Positions 47,366 through 57,744 are shown, numbered from the stretch's first letter. The stretch is 64,000 nucleotides of DNA from Nitrospirota bacterium (GCA_963663225.1 OY760142.1:1760001-1824000), one strand, 5' to 3'. A program made the numbers and translations. The notes: generated from the sequence alone by a model not told the origin.

Positions 47366-50161
47366 GTGAATATCGGCTTACGACAGAGACTGATTGTTTT
47401 AATTTTCTCCGGGCTTGTAGTGGCCATGGCAGCGATCGGAGTGTACCGGTACTTCATGGAGAAACAGGTCATTCTGAACATGACCCGCGCGGAGGGAGAG
47501 CGCTCCTGCAAACTCATGGCAGATATTGCCGTGCCGTATCTGCAGACATCGGATATTCATGGCCTGCTTGCTGTTACGCAAAAATTTTTGCGCACACCCG
47601 ATATTCTGGAAATTACCGTTCGGGACAAGGAAGGACGGCGTCTCGCGTATGTCACCAAGCAGGCCGTTCCGAACAACGCCATTACTGTCGGACCGGTTCC
47701 GGTTCTGTTCGATACAACGAAGCTCGGCGAGGTCAGCATGTCGGTTTACCCGGAGAAGATGGGAGACAGGCTCAAAGTATATGCTCTCAGCGCGTTGGTC
47801 GAAAACTTTTTCATCTTTGTGGTCCTGGCGGGCATTCTGGCGGTATTCATAACCCGCTCTATCACGAAACCGGTGAAGGAGCTTCGCAATGCCGTAAAAG
47901 AGCTGATCGACCAGAAAGATTTCACCCGGCGAGTAAAGGCGCACGGCCGTGACGAAATCGGGGAGCTTGCAACCGGAATAAATTACCTTATCGAGCGACT
48001 GGAGCAATTCATCGTCGAGATGAGCGATATCTCCGCGCGGATCAGCACGGTGAGCCCGGAACTGGTCCGGGAGGCGGGCGAAGCGAAAAAAAACGCGGAA
48101 GGCGCGGCCGAAGCCATCGCAGATGTTTCTTCTTCGGTTGAGGCGATGTCCGCGTCCCTGCAGTCCTTCTCGGAGACCGCGGAGAGTCTTTCCGCTTCGG
48201 CGGAAGAATCGTCATCCGCCATTCTGGAAATGAATGCGTCGAACCAGGAAGTTGCCGGCCACACGAACGAGCTTACCGCGTCCGTGGAAGACGTGACCGC
48301 GTCGGTGGCGGAAATGATTGCATCCATCCGTGAGGTCGGCGGCCACGTGGAGAGCCTCACCGCGGCGGCGGAACAGACGTCCGCCTCGGCAGTCGAAATC
48401 GAAGCCACGGTCCGTGAGGTCGAAGGGGCGGCGAAAGAGTCGTCATCGCTGTCCCAGCTTGTTTCCCGTGAAGCACAGGAAATCGGCGTCAAATCCATCC
48501 GGGAAACGGGAAAAGCCATCGACACGATCAAGGACGCCGTCAACCGCTATTCCGGTCTGGTGGCAAAGCTTGGACAGCGTTCAGTCGAAATCGGAAAAAT
48601 ACTGAACGTCATCGTGGAAGTGACGGAAAAAACAAACCTGCTTGCGTTGAATGCTTCCATTCTCGCGGCACAGGCGGGCGAACACGGCAGAGGGTTCAGC
48701 GTGGTGGCCGAAGAAATTAAGGCTCTTGCCGACCGCACGGCGGTTTCCGCGCAGGACATTGCAAAGCTCATTGCCGCGGTACAGAAGGAAGCCAAAGAGG
48801 CCGTGGCGGCAATGGCGGACAGCCTTGCGGCGGTAGAAGAAGGGGTGCAGCGATCCCGGGCGGCCGGTGCGGCATTGGACAAAATCCTGGCGACGTCCAC
48901 GCAATCCTCCGAAATGACAGCCATGATTGAGCGCGCAATGAACGAACAGGCGCGGGGAATCAAGCAGGTAAGTGAAGCCATCGCGAATGTAAAGCAGATG
49001 TCGGCGCAGATCATGGCCGCGACGCAGGCCCAGAGCAAGGGCACGGAGATGATACTCCAGAGCGCGGAGAGCATGCGGGACATCGCGCGTCATGTACGGA
49101 GCGCCATGGCCGAACAGACGCGCGGCGGAAAGCAGATCGCCGCCGCAGCTGAAAGCGTGACGGCGCATGCCGGGTCCATTGCGGCAGGCACCTGGGAACA
49201 GCGCCAGTCAGTGGCCAAAATCCAGGAATCCGTCAAAAAGATTCAGGACCTTCCCCGCCAGAGCGCTCGCCGTGTGGAAAGCATGGCAGCCTCCGTTGAG
49301 ACCCTGGGAGAGCAGGCAGCTCTGCTGAACCGGGAAATCGTCACCATGACGGTCCGGCGCGGGCGCCGATACATCGAAGGCGGCGCCTTGAAGATGGGCA
49401 TTGTTCCTCTCGACAACCCCGCAGAGATGCTTCGCCGTTTTACGCCGGTTGCGGAATATCTCTCCCGTACTCTCGCCAGAAAAGTGGAACTCTCCGTTGC
49501 CATGGACTTTGCACAAATGCTGACCGACCTTGAAGAGGATAAGATCGATTTGGCGTTTCTTACGCCTTCCCTGTATATCGAAGCGCAGAAAAAGGCAGGA
49601 GTGTCCCTGCTCGTCAAGGCGCTGCAAAACGGGGTCCCTTACACCCACGCGGCCATTGTTGCCCATGCCGACCGTCCCCTTGCCCGACTGGAGGACATCA
49701 AGGGAAAACGGTTCGCGTTCGGCAGCAGAAAGTCGACATTGACCCATCTGGTTCCCCGCGCCATGCTCGCTGAAGCGGGCGTCGGCCTCAGCGATATGCG
49801 AGAATTCGCCTTCCTCGGCCAGCAGGAAGCCATAGCAAAAGCCATCATTGCCGGAGAATACGATGCCGGCGGCATGTCCGAATCCACGGCAAAAATGTTT
49901 GAGGACCGGGGGCTGATAATTCTGAAGACCTCCATTGATGTCCCGGAAAAAAACATCTGCATTTCCAGACATCTGGATAAAAATACCAGCGATCTAATTA
50001 AGCAGGCGCTGCTGGCCCTGAACCGTGGACAAGAGGCGCACGCGACGATTCTGGGCAGCATAAATCCGAATTACTCCGGGTTTGAACCGGCGAGCGATGA
50101 AGAATATGACGGTGTCAGAAGGCTGCTTGCTAAGATACAGGAAACGGACACACAAGACTAA
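47366..50161 (+). CDS. Long-class MCP fused to a C-terminal PhnD/phosphonate-binding-type domain
   Basis: Two TMs, HAMP (GRDEIGEL), tip [29 protein letters not shown]. From ~49388: [61 protein letters not shown]. Confidence 0.9.
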   Translation: MNIGLRQRLIVLIFSGLVVAMAAIGVYRYFMEKQVILNMTRAEGERSCKLMADIAVPYLQTSDIHGLLAVTQKFLRTPDILEITVRDKEGRRLAYVTKQAVPNNAITVGPVPVLFDTTKLGEVSMSVYPEKMGDRLKVYALSALVENFFIFVVLAGILAVFITRSITKPVKELRNAVKELIDQKDFTRRVKAHGRDEIGELATGINYLIERLEQFIVEMSDISARISTVSPELVREAGEAKKNAEGAAEAIADVSSSVEAMSASLQSFSETAESLSASAEESSSAILEMNASNQEVAGHTNELTASVEDVTASVAEMIASIREVGGHVESLTAAAEQTSASAVEIEATVREVEGAAKESSSLSQLVSREAQEIGVKSIRETGKAIDTIKDAVNRYSGLVAKLGQRSVEIGKILNVIVEVTEKTNLLALNASILAAQAGEHGRGFSVVAEEIKALADRTAVSAQDIAKLIAAVQKEAKEAVAAMADSLAAVEEGVQRSRAAGAALDKILATSTQSSEMTAMIERAMNEQARGIKQVSEAIANVKQMSAQIMAATQAQSKGTEMILQSAESMRDIARHVRSAMAEQTRGGKQIAAAAESVTAHAGSIAAGTWEQRQSVAKIQESVKKIQDLPRQSARRVESMAASVETLGEQAALLNREIVTMTVRRGRRYIEGGALKMGIVPLDNPAEMLRRFTPVAEYLSRTLARKVELSVAMDFAQMLTDLEEDKIDLAFLTPSLYIEAQKKAGVSLLVKALQNGVPYTHAAIVAHADRPLARLEDIKGKRFAFGSRKSTLTHLVPRAMLAEAGVGLSDMREFAFLGQQEAIAKAIIAGEYDAGGMSESTAKMFEDRGLIILKTSIDVPEKNICISRHLDKNTSDLIKQALLALNRGQEAHATILGSINPNYSGFEPASDEEYDGVRRLLAKIQETDTQD

Positions 50162-50241
50162 CGACTGCTGCAGCCCCCCGCACGGCACGGTGGTACCGGA
50201 TCCGGGGAACAGAATTTTTTGCAGCATCAGAGGCAAGGACC

Positions 50242-50775
50242 GTGAGACGTACTTTGGCCAGAGATAAAAAACCAGTGGTTACGGACGACGCCATGCAGGT
50301 TGTGACCTTTCAGATAGGCGTCGAGGAGTATGGACTCGATATCCAGTTCATAACCGAGATCATCCGTCCGCTCAAGATCACGCCGCTTCCCCATATGCCG
50401 GAATTCGTCGAAGGGGTGATCAATCTCCGGGGGACCGTCATTCCCATCATTGATTTGCGGAAACGTTTTTTGCCGGGCGCGGCTGTCCCGAACCCAAAGA
50501 CCATGCGCATGGTCATTCTCCGGGGTGCCGTCCCCGCCTTGTCGGGGACAGCCAGAGACCTGGTCGGATTTATTGTGGATGCGGCGAAGGAAGTCCTCAG
50601 CATACCGCGCAAGGACATCGATTCAGCGCCACCGCGCGCGGTTGGTCGTGATGTCGAATTCATTGCCGGGATGGGCAAGGTAGGCGGCCGTCTCATTGTA
50701 CTTCTCGACAGCAGCAAGATTCTGAGCCAGCAGGAAGGGTCAGCCCTGGCGGAGGTCGGAAATGCCGGATATTGA
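50242..50775 (+). CDS. cheW: CheW
   Basis: QVVTFQIG.EEYGLDI..EII..ITPLP..PEFVEGVINLRGTVIPIIDLRKRF. Confidence 0.93.
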   Translation: MRRTLARDKKPVVTDDAMQVVTFQIGVEEYGLDIQFITEIIRPLKITPLPHMPEFVEGVINLRGTVIPIIDLRKRFLPGAAVPNPKTMRMVILRGAVPALSGTARDLVGFIVDAAKEVLSIPRKDIDSAPPRAVGRDVEFIAGMGKVGGRLIVLLDSSKILSQQEGSALAEVGNAGY

Positions 50776-52753
50776 ACGGCTTGGTGAAAAACTCGCGAGC
50801 AGGAACGTTGAAGAGCGGCGTGAGGCAACCGTGGAGCTTGGCCGAGGGGGACAGTCTGCGGTTTCCCTGCTCTTTCGCGCCATGGCGGACGTTGACTGGC
50901 GGGTGAGGAAGACCGCGGTCGAAGCCATCGTATCGATCGGCGGTGAAAACGTTGTAAACAGGCTGCTCCGGTCCCTGAGTGCTCAGGACAATGCGGGAAC
51001 GCGGAATTCCGCCATTGAGGCCCTTGTCCAGATCGGAAAACCGGCGGTCCCCGCACTGTTCCCCATGCTGGAAACCCCCGATGCCGACGTCCGCAAGTTT
51101 GTCGTTGACATCCTCGGCGATATCGCCGATCCTCGCTCGCTGCAGGCCCTGGTGGAAAAACTTGACGATGCGGATGAAAATATCCGGGTGGCTGCCGCGG
51201 AAGCTCTCGGCAAGCTGCGCGACCCGCGGGCTGTAGACGCACTGCTTGCCTGTCTTGGCCGTTCAGATCAGGGCTGGCTGGACTATGCCGCGGCGGAGGC
51301 GCTGGGGTCGATCGGCGATGAACGCGCGCTCGAACCGCTGCTGGCTGCCCTGAACCGGCCGGGTCTCCGGGAGCCGGTCATCGGGTCGCTCGGCAGGGTC
51401 GGCAATGTGCATACCCTTGCCCCCCTGATCGCCGGCCTTGCCGATTCCCTCCGGATTGTTCGCGAGGCGTCGTGCATGGCGCTTGCCGCAATTGCAGAAA
51501 AGAGCAGCGAGCAGGAGCAACAGACCGTACGGGAAACCGTGCGCAGCGCCATGAGCGGACAGGCAGCGGACTTTCTGGAGGAGATGCTCGCCACAAGCAC
51601 GGGCGGTCTTCAGAAAGCGGTGATCTCCCTTCTTGGCTGGGGCGGGAAGGAGAGTTCGATTCGCAGGCTGCTGTCGCTGCTGACGGAGGAGGAATTTGAA
51701 GAACCGGTGGCACAGTCGCTCCGGTTCCTTGAGAGAAACCAGGCGCCTTTGTTGTTCGATCATCTCGCCAGTGCGAATGCGCTGGTACGGCGTACTGTTG
51801 CGCGTGTTTTGGGAGATATCCGCAGTCTCGAAGCTGAGATGCCGCTGCTCAACCTGCTGCAGGATGAAAACGGCCATGTGCGAAGCGCCGCGGCGCTTGC
51901 GCTCGGACGGATTCAAAGCAGGCGTGCGGTCAAACCGCTGCTCGAACTGCTGATGGATGAATACGAAAGCGTGCAGGAGTCGGCGATCCACGCGCTGGCC
52001 GCCGTCGGCGATGAGTCCCTGCTGGACGAACTGACTCGGGACTTTTCAACACGGGACACTCTTTTACGCAGAAACATCGTCCTTCTTCTCGGCAGGTTTA
52101 CCGCGGACAAGGCCGTGACGGCCCTGTCTTTTGCACTGAAGGATGAAAATCCGGAGGTAAGAAAAGCGGCAGTCCATGCGCTCGGCAGCGTATCCACCGG
52201 GCAGGCTTTCAAGTCGCTCCTGTTTGCGGCCACGGACGATGATCCTGAGGTAAGGATGCTGGCGGCAGAGGCTCTTGCAGGACTGAACGCGCATGGGGCT
52301 TTTCCCGCGCTTGTTTCCCTTCTTGAAGATACCGATCTTTGGGTCCGGGCTGCTGCGGCCCGCGGACTGTGCCGGATCGGCAACGAACTGGCGGGCGAAA
52401 TCCTTCTTGCGCATTTAAAAAACGCGACAGATGTTTTTCTGTTTGCCATTGTGGAGTCGCTGGGAAAACTGAAGGTGCCCGCGGCCCGGGAACCGCTTCT
52501 TGCTCTTATCGGTCACCCGGACCCGGAGGTGCGAAGGACCGCGCTGGCGGCCCTTTCCGGCTACCGGGGGCCCGCCGTGCGGGAGGCAGTTCAGTCCTGT
52601 CTGACGGATGCTCACTGGATCGTCAGAAAGGCGGCCGTCGAAGCACTGAAGCAGGAGCAGGATTCGGTCCTTGAATCCGTCTTTGAGAAAATCGCCCTCA
52701 ACGATCCGGATGCGACCGTCCGCCAGGCGGCGAAAGAGGCATTGAAACGATAA
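50762..52753 (+). CDS. HEAT/PBS-lyase repeat protein
   Basis: Many D.D..VR..A..ALG repeats over 663 aa. Translationally coupled to cheW and cheR. Confidence 0.92.
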   Translation: MPDIERLGEKLASRNVEERREATVELGRGGQSAVSLLFRAMADVDWRVRKTAVEAIVSIGGENVVNRLLRSLSAQDNAGTRNSAIEALVQIGKPAVPALFPMLETPDADVRKFVVDILGDIADPRSLQALVEKLDDADENIRVAAAEALGKLRDPRAVDALLACLGRSDQGWLDYAAAEALGSIGDERALEPLLAALNRPGLREPVIGSLGRVGNVHTLAPLIAGLADSLRIVREASCMALAAIAEKSSEQEQQTVRETVRSAMSGQAADFLEEMLATSTGGLQKAVISLLGWGGKESSIRRLLSLLTEEEFEEPVAQSLRFLERNQAPLLFDHLASANALVRRTVARVLGDIRSLEAEMPLLNLLQDENGHVRSAAALALGRIQSRRAVKPLLELLMDEYESVQESAIHALAAVGDESLLDELTRDFSTRDTLLRRNIVLLLGRFTADKAVTALSFALKDENPEVRKAAVHALGSVSTGQAFKSLLFAATDDDPEVRMLAAEALAGLNAHGAFPALVSLLEDTDLWVRAAAARGLCRIGNELAGEILLAHLKNATDVFLFAIVESLGKLKVPAAREPLLALIGHPDPEVRRTALAALSGYRGPAVREAVQSCLTDAHWIVRKAAVEALKQEQDSVLESVFEKIALNDPDATVRQAAKEALKR

Positions 52754-53614
52754 ATGTTTGAAGAGCAGAACATTCCGCTGCCGGATGATGTGTTCAGGCT
52801 TCTCCGGGATTTCGTCCATGCCTATTGCGGGATTTTTTTCGATGACAGCTCCAAGTTTCTGCTGCAGCGCCGTCTCGTGCGACGCCTTGAGCAGCATCGG
52901 CTCAAGAGCTTTGAAGAATACTACCATTTCCTCCGTTACGACCGGAAACGGGAGGAGGAACTTTCCGTCCTTATTGACAGCCTCACCACCAACGAAACCT
53001 ATTTTTTCCGGGAGAGTGCGCAGTTGCGGGCGTTTTCCGAAGAAATTCTGCCGGAATTGCGGCAAACGTTCGCTGATCGAAAGACCCTTCGGATATGGAG
53101 CGCCGGCTGTTCCACGGGAGAAGAGCCGTATACCATCGCCATCCTTCTGCTGGAATCAGGCGACTGGTGGCGCGACTGGCAGGTTGAAATTCTCGGTAGC
53201 GACATCAATCAGCGGGTGTTGCACGCGGCGCGCAGAGGCGTCTATAAAAAGAGCGCGCACCGGGTGACGAGCCCGGAAATGCTTGCGAAATATTTTACGG
53301 AGGAGAACGGCGACTACCGTATCATCGACGCCGTCAGGGACCTGGTGTCCTTCAGCTCGGTGAACCTGCTGGATCCGGGCAAAATCAGCCTGATCGGCAC
53401 GATGGATGTCATTTTCTGCCGGAATGTGATCATCTATTTTGACAAGGAAGCGAAAAAAAAAGTGATCGAAACGTTTTCCCGAAAGCTCAGAGAAGGAGGA
53501 TATCTCCTGCTGGGACATTCAGAATCGCTCATTAATATTTCGAACGCCTTCGAGCTCAGGACGCTCAAGCACGACATGGTCTACCGGAAACCGCTGCGTG
53601 CGAAAATGGGATGA
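52754..53614 (+). CDS. cheR: Chemotaxis methyltransferase CheR
   Basis: LTTNETYFFRE, IWSAGCSTGEEPYTIA, GSDI, DVIFCRNVIIYFD, GYLLLGHSESL. Confidence 0.97.
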   Translation: MFEEQNIPLPDDVFRLLRDFVHAYCGIFFDDSSKFLLQRRLVRRLEQHRLKSFEEYYHFLRYDRKREEELSVLIDSLTTNETYFFRESAQLRAFSEEILPELRQTFADRKTLRIWSAGCSTGEEPYTIAILLLESGDWWRDWQVEILGSDINQRVLHAARRGVYKKSAHRVTSPEMLAKYFTEENGDYRIIDAVRDLVSFSSVNLLDPGKISLIGTMDVIFCRNVIIYFDKEAKKKVIETFSRKLREGGYLLLGHSESLINISNAFELRTLKHDMVYRKPLRAKMG

Positions 53615-53680
53615 GCAACAACAGCGACAGCGGCCTCCGGGAAGTTTTGCGGACTCAGTCGCGGCGCGCGTGACAGGATT

Positions 53681-54763
53681 ATGAAGAAGATAACAGTATT
53701 GGTTGTTGATGATTCGGCCTACAACAGAACCGTCATTGCCCAGATGCTCGAGCAGGACCCCGGGATCACCGTCGTCGGGAGCGCCGTGGACGGTGTTGAT
53801 GCCATCGCGAAGACGCTCCGCCTCAGGCCCGATGTCATCACGCTTGATCTTGAAATGCCGGATATGGACGGCTTTTCATTTCTGCGATGGCTTATGAAAG
53901 AGCGGCCGACGCCCGTGCTCGTGCTTTCAGCGCGCTCCGACAGCCGAAGCGTGTTCCGCGCCCTGGAACTCGGCGCAGTCGACTTTCTGGCAAAACCGGA
54001 AGCGCGCATTTCCCGAAGCATAGAAAAAATCAAGGACGACCTTGTGGCCAGGGTGCATGCGGTGCTGAATCTTGAAATGACCAAAGTGAAGTCCGCGATC
54101 AGCCTTCTGTCCCGGGAGCAGGCGCCCCCGTCAGTCAGAAAAGAAGACGAGAAGAGGCGGGAACCGGGGCCGATTGAAGTTGTTGCCATCGCTGCATCCA
54201 CCGGAGGTCCGCCGGCGCTTCAGGCGATTCTCACCGCGCTTCCTTCAGATTTCAATGCCGGCATTGTGATCACCCAGCATATGCCCGCAGGTTTTACGAA
54301 AAGTTTCGCAGAGCGCCTGAACAAAATATCCTCTCTTGTCGTGAGCGAGGCCACGGACGGCGACCGGGTTGATCCGGGCACGGCGCTGATTGCGCCGGGC
54401 GGGCACCATCTCCTGCTGAAAAGAGACCAGGACGGACTGCGGGCGGAGATTGTTCCTCCCGACCCTTCAGACAAACACGTGCCTTCTGCGGACCGCATGA
54501 TGGCGTCTGTTGCCGATGTTTGCGGGACCGCAACGCTCGGGGTCGTTTTGACCGGCATGGGCCGGGACGGTGCGGAAGGGGTGATTGCCATCAAGAACCG
54601 GCAGGGACAATGCCTGGCCGAAAGCGAGGAAAGCGCCGTTATTTTCGGCATGCCTCAGGAAGCCATCCATACCGGAGCGGTTGACAAGGTGCTGCCGCTT
54701 GACAGAATTGCGGACGAGATCCAGAGACGGTGCAAATCAGGGAAAAACCAGATGCTGGAATGA
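53681..54763 (+). CDS. cheB: Chemotaxis methylesterase CheB (receiver + catalytic domain)
   Basis: VVDDSA, TLDLEMP, AASTGGP, QHMP, PSAD, LTGMGRDG, FGMP. Confidence 0.97.
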   Translation: MKKITVLVVDDSAYNRTVIAQMLEQDPGITVVGSAVDGVDAIAKTLRLRPDVITLDLEMPDMDGFSFLRWLMKERPTPVLVLSARSDSRSVFRALELGAVDFLAKPEARISRSIEKIKDDLVARVHAVLNLEMTKVKSAISLLSREQAPPSVRKEDEKRREPGPIEVVAIAASTGGPPALQAILTALPSDFNAGIVITQHMPAGFTKSFAERLNKISSLVVSEATDGDRVDPGTALIAPGGHHLLLKRDQDGLRAEIVPPDPSDKHVPSADRMMASVADVCGTATLGVVLTGMGRDGAEGVIAIKNRQGQCLAESEESAVIFGMPQEAIHTGAVDKVLPLDRIADEIQRRCKSGKNQMLE

Positions 54764-54997
54764 AACAATGATCCCTGTGGGGCTTGGCCGCGTATATATA
54801 TGATAATGTTCAGAAGTCCGCAGCAGTGTTTATCCGTTTTTTGTTGCTCTTTATTGAAAATTCAACTATTATCAATACTTGAAATATTTATTCTGTACGA
54901 CTAAAGAAACAAACTGTTCTGCCGATAATAACTTGGTATAGGTTTTTTCGGATACCATGACAGACGCAGGATCCTGAGACAGCGTCTTCAGGAGGGC

Positions 54998-55825
54998 TTG
55001 ATGGAGAAGGAACCCGCATCAATTTCCAAAAAAGTTGAAGAGTTTCTCCAGGTTTTCAAAAAAGGTGAAGAGTTCACCCATGAACTGCTTAAGGAGAATG
55101 AGAAGCTCCGGTACCGGGTCGCCCAGCTTGAGGAGGTGACCAAGTTTTCCGGCAGGGAAGGCGACCTCAGGCTGAACACGCTGGAGGAGAAGATACGGTT
55201 CCTGGAAGAGGAAAACAAAAGCCTTCTTACCCGTTACCGCGTTGTGGAAGAGGAAAACAAGGATTTCGCGAACCGCTATATAGAGGTTGAAGCCGAGAAC
55301 AACAATCTTGCCAACCTGTATGTGGCAAGCTATCAGCTCCACTCCACGCTCGATTTCGGCGAATCGCTTAAGATCATTCTTGAAATCGTCATGAACCTGA
55401 TCGGCGCCGAAGAGTTTTCGATCATGATGCTGGACGAAAAAACAAATGAACTGACGATCGTGGCCCAGGAAGGCATGAGCTCCGAGGCGCGTCCGGCCAT
55501 CAAGCTGGGCGAGGGAATCATCGGCTCGTCCGCGAAAGCCGGCGAGTCATTCTACCGTGAAGGAGATCCCACGAACGTGACGGGTGTGGACTATTTGCAT
55601 CCGCTTGTTTGCATCCCTCTCAAGATCAAAGAGCATGTCATCGGCGTGATTGTAGTTTACAAGCTCCTGGTGCAGAAGCAGGCATTTACTGGCGTGGATT
55701 ACGAGCTTTTCACCATGCTTGCCGGCCATGCCGCCACGGCCCTATTTTCTTCCAAACTGTATTCGCAGTCCGAACGGAAGCTCACGACGATCCAGAGCTT
55801 TCTCGATCTGCTGAAAGAAAAATAA
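54998..55825 (+). CDS. Coiled-coil + GAF domain protein with no output domain
   Basis: Heptad N-terminus (LLKENEKLRYRVAQLEE). NLANLYVASYQLHSTLD..CIPLKIKEHVIGVI..DYELF..LAGHAATAL. Confidence 0.85.
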   Translation: MMEKEPASISKKVEEFLQVFKKGEEFTHELLKENEKLRYRVAQLEEVTKFSGREGDLRLNTLEEKIRFLEEENKSLLTRYRVVEEENKDFANRYIEVEAENNNLANLYVASYQLHSTLDFGESLKIILEIVMNLIGAEEFSIMMLDEKTNELTIVAQEGMSSEARPAIKLGEGIIGSSAKAGESFYREGDPTNVTGVDYLHPLVCIPLKIKEHVIGVIVVYKLLVQKQAFTGVDYELFTMLAGHAATALFSSKLYSQSERKLTTIQSFLDLLKEK

Positions 55826-55837
55826 CGGAGGTTTGAA

Positions 55838-56218
55838 ATGCCCGAGCACAATTTCCTGGTGGTGGAAGATTCCCCTACAATGCGGCAGCTGATCTCCTTT
55901 GCGCTGAAGCGCATTCCCGGCAGCAAGATCGTCGAAGCGAATGACGGCATCGACGCATTGAAAAAGCTCTCAACCCAGAAATTCGACGTCATTCTGACGG
56001 ACATCAATATGCCGATCATGGACGGGCTGAAGCTCGTTTCCATGGTGCGGAACGATCCGGCGCACAAAACAATCCCCATCATTATTATCACGACGGAAGG
56101 CGCGGACGAGGACCGCAAGCGCGGTCTTGCACTGGGCGCAAACGCCTACATTGCCAAGCCGATCCAGACTGCGGACCTTCTGAACACGGTCAGCCAGATT
56201 TTGGGCGGCAAAGGATAA
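55838..56218 (+). CDS. cheY: CheY-like response regulator
   Basis: VVEDS, LTDINMPIMDG, IITTEG, YIAKPI. Confidence 0.9.
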   Translation: MPEHNFLVVEDSPTMRQLISFALKRIPGSKIVEANDGIDALKKLSTQKFDVILTDINMPIMDGLKLVSMVRNDPAHKTIPIIIITTEGADEDRKRGLALGANAYIAKPIQTADLLNTVSQILGGKG

Positions 56219-56253
56219 GCGGACCGAGGATACAACCAGCCGAAGCATGTCTT

Positions 56254-56289
56254 AAGGGACGGGAAACGCAACATTGCCCGTCCTTTTTT
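56254..56289. terminator. Terminator hairpin after cheY (repeated at ~57909-57944)
   Basis: aagggacggg...cccgtcctttttt. Confidence 0.75.
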
Positions 56290-56347
56290 ATGCCCGGACC
56301 CGGCAGGAGTTTTCGAGGCTTAAAACGGGAGCGAAAAACAAAACCTG

Positions 56348-56520
56348 CTAGATTCGCAGCCACCCGCGCCTGTCGGCAAAGGATGCAATTATCCCTACGA
56401 GAAAAGCAAGGCCCACGTTCCAGATGGCTAACGCGGCAGTGGCAAGAGTGATAAAACGTTCTGCGGTGTTATTGCCGAAACCGCCTGTTCCCAGGGCAAG
56501 TTGTGCTCCCGTAAAAAATA
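56348..56520 (-). pseudogene. Duplicated 3' fragment of the molybdate/sulfate transporter gene
   Basis: LFFTGAQLALG...RRGWLRI is near-identical to the C-terminus of 58002..59225. Confidence 0.85.
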
Positions 56521-56537
56521 GAATTTTTACAGATTGC

Positions 56538-56566
56538 TTGACAAGCCAGATCGTTTTAGACATACT
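56538..56566 (+). promoter_or_regulatory. Sigma70 promoter of the inserted lipoprotein gene
   Basis: TTGACA-17 nt-CATACT, 45 bp upstream of the ATG at 56612. Confidence 0.65.
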
Positions 56567-56611
56567 CAAAAGCATTCTGCGGCATGCATGAAGCAATCCT
56601 GAGGAGAACTT

Positions 56612-57526
56612 ATGAACTATTTCCGCTATCTGCTGTTCGGCATATTTATCCTTGTGGCCGCCTGCACCACAAGTAGCCACAAGTATCCCCTAGAGCAAGA
56701 CCGTCATGTTATTTCGAAGAATCTAGACTTGCAGATGGATGTGCTTGCCGGACAGCTCGCAAGCAGCCTTGAAATTCTAAAAGTTCGAAAAATCGCGGTT
56801 GTTGAATTTCCTGACCTTGACGGCAATGTCACCGTTTTGGGAAGATTTATTGCCGAAGAATTGACCACTCGGTTGGTGAAGACGAATAAAATCGATGTTG
56901 TCGAACGTCCGTTGCTCAAAAGAATCATGGAAGAACAGAAGCTCAATGCGACGGGACTGATTGATGATAAAAGTGCCATCAGATTCGGACGCGTTATGGG
57001 AGCGGTTGCTCTCGTGACGGGTACTATCGCCGATCTGAACACGGGTGTTAAGGTCAACGCGCGAATAATTGCTTCGGAAACTGGCATGGTGTACGCGGGT
57101 GCTGCGATCAAAATCCCGATGAGCACTGAAGTCGAAAGATTGCTGGGAAAACATGCGGAAAAAACAGTACAATCCGATTCCCGCCGCTTTGACGGTTTCT
57201 GGGACGTCAGCATTGCCTGTACGCCTCAGCAGGGTGCCATGGGTTATGTACTCCATATCAATGCGGCTGTGCAGGATGGCGTCCTTCACGGTCAGCATGG
57301 CACGGACGGCGTCGCGCCTTGCCTGACCCTCGAGGGGAAAATTAACCCTGATGGAAGCGCCATTATCAACGCAAAGGGACTCACGGGGGATCCCCGGCTT
57401 ACTATCAATAACAATAAAAAGGGGACACCATATTCATATCATATTGAATCTAGTTTTTCTGATTACCGGGGTACTGGGAATCGGATCGAGCATCGCGTTT
57501 GTAATGTGGTGTTTATTAAACGATAG
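56612..57526 (+). CDS. FlgO/CsgG-like outer-membrane lipoprotein with an extra C-terminal beta domain
   Basis: Lipobox VAAC, KIAVVEFPDLDG..LGRFIAEELTTRL, VVER..L..IMEEQKL, VKVNARII..ETG. C-terminal RFDGFWDVSIAC domain. Confidence 0.8.
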   Translation: MNYFRYLLFGIFILVAACTTSSHKYPLEQDRHVISKNLDLQMDVLAGQLASSLEILKVRKIAVVEFPDLDGNVTVLGRFIAEELTTRLVKTNKIDVVERPLLKRIMEEQKLNATGLIDDKSAIRFGRVMGAVALVTGTIADLNTGVKVNARIIASETGMVYAGAAIKIPMSTEVERLLGKHAEKTVQSDSRRFDGFWDVSIACTPQQGAMGYVLHINAAVQDGVLHGQHGTDGVAPCLTLEGKINPDGSAIINAKGLTGDPRLTINNNKKGTPYSYHIESSFSDYRGTGNRIEHRVCNVVFIKR

Positions 57527-57623
57527 ATAAGCATATTCAGTCCGGTCCCTGTGGCGAGCGTGACCGATGTATTACCATGCCGGTCGTAGCAGGCATCGGA
57601 ACAGGCGCCTGTTTGTCTCTTCA

Positions 57624-57744
57624 GTCAGGTCGGGTAGAGCAGAGCAAAACCCGACAGAATTGATTATGACATCGACACTTTGAATATGAGTTCCGCCAAG
57701 ACGTAAAAAAGACGTTGGGTTTCACTTCTTTCTACCCAACCTAC
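57624..57744. repeat. Second inverted REP-like doublet (GTAG family)
   Basis: gtcaggtcgggtagagcagagcaaaacccgac (57624-57655) and gttgggtttcacttctttctacccaacctac (57714-57744; reverse complement gtaggttgggtagaaagaagtgaaacccaac). Confidence 0.7.

Larger units (their letters stand above)
56131..56520. repeat. Direct repeat copy 1 (~390 bp): cheY 3' end + terminator + MOT-transporter 3' end
   Basis: Matches 57786-58174 with about 13 substitutions and 1 indel by manual comparison. Confidence 0.95.

Noticed and set aside
54933-54950. Sigma54-like TGGTAT upstream of the GAF gene
   Set aside because: There is no TTGC at the -12 position (it reads TTTTC).
56348-56680. 110-aa ORF as an independent gene
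   Set aside because: It is a chimera of the duplicated transporter tail with antisense promoter and lipoprotein sequence.
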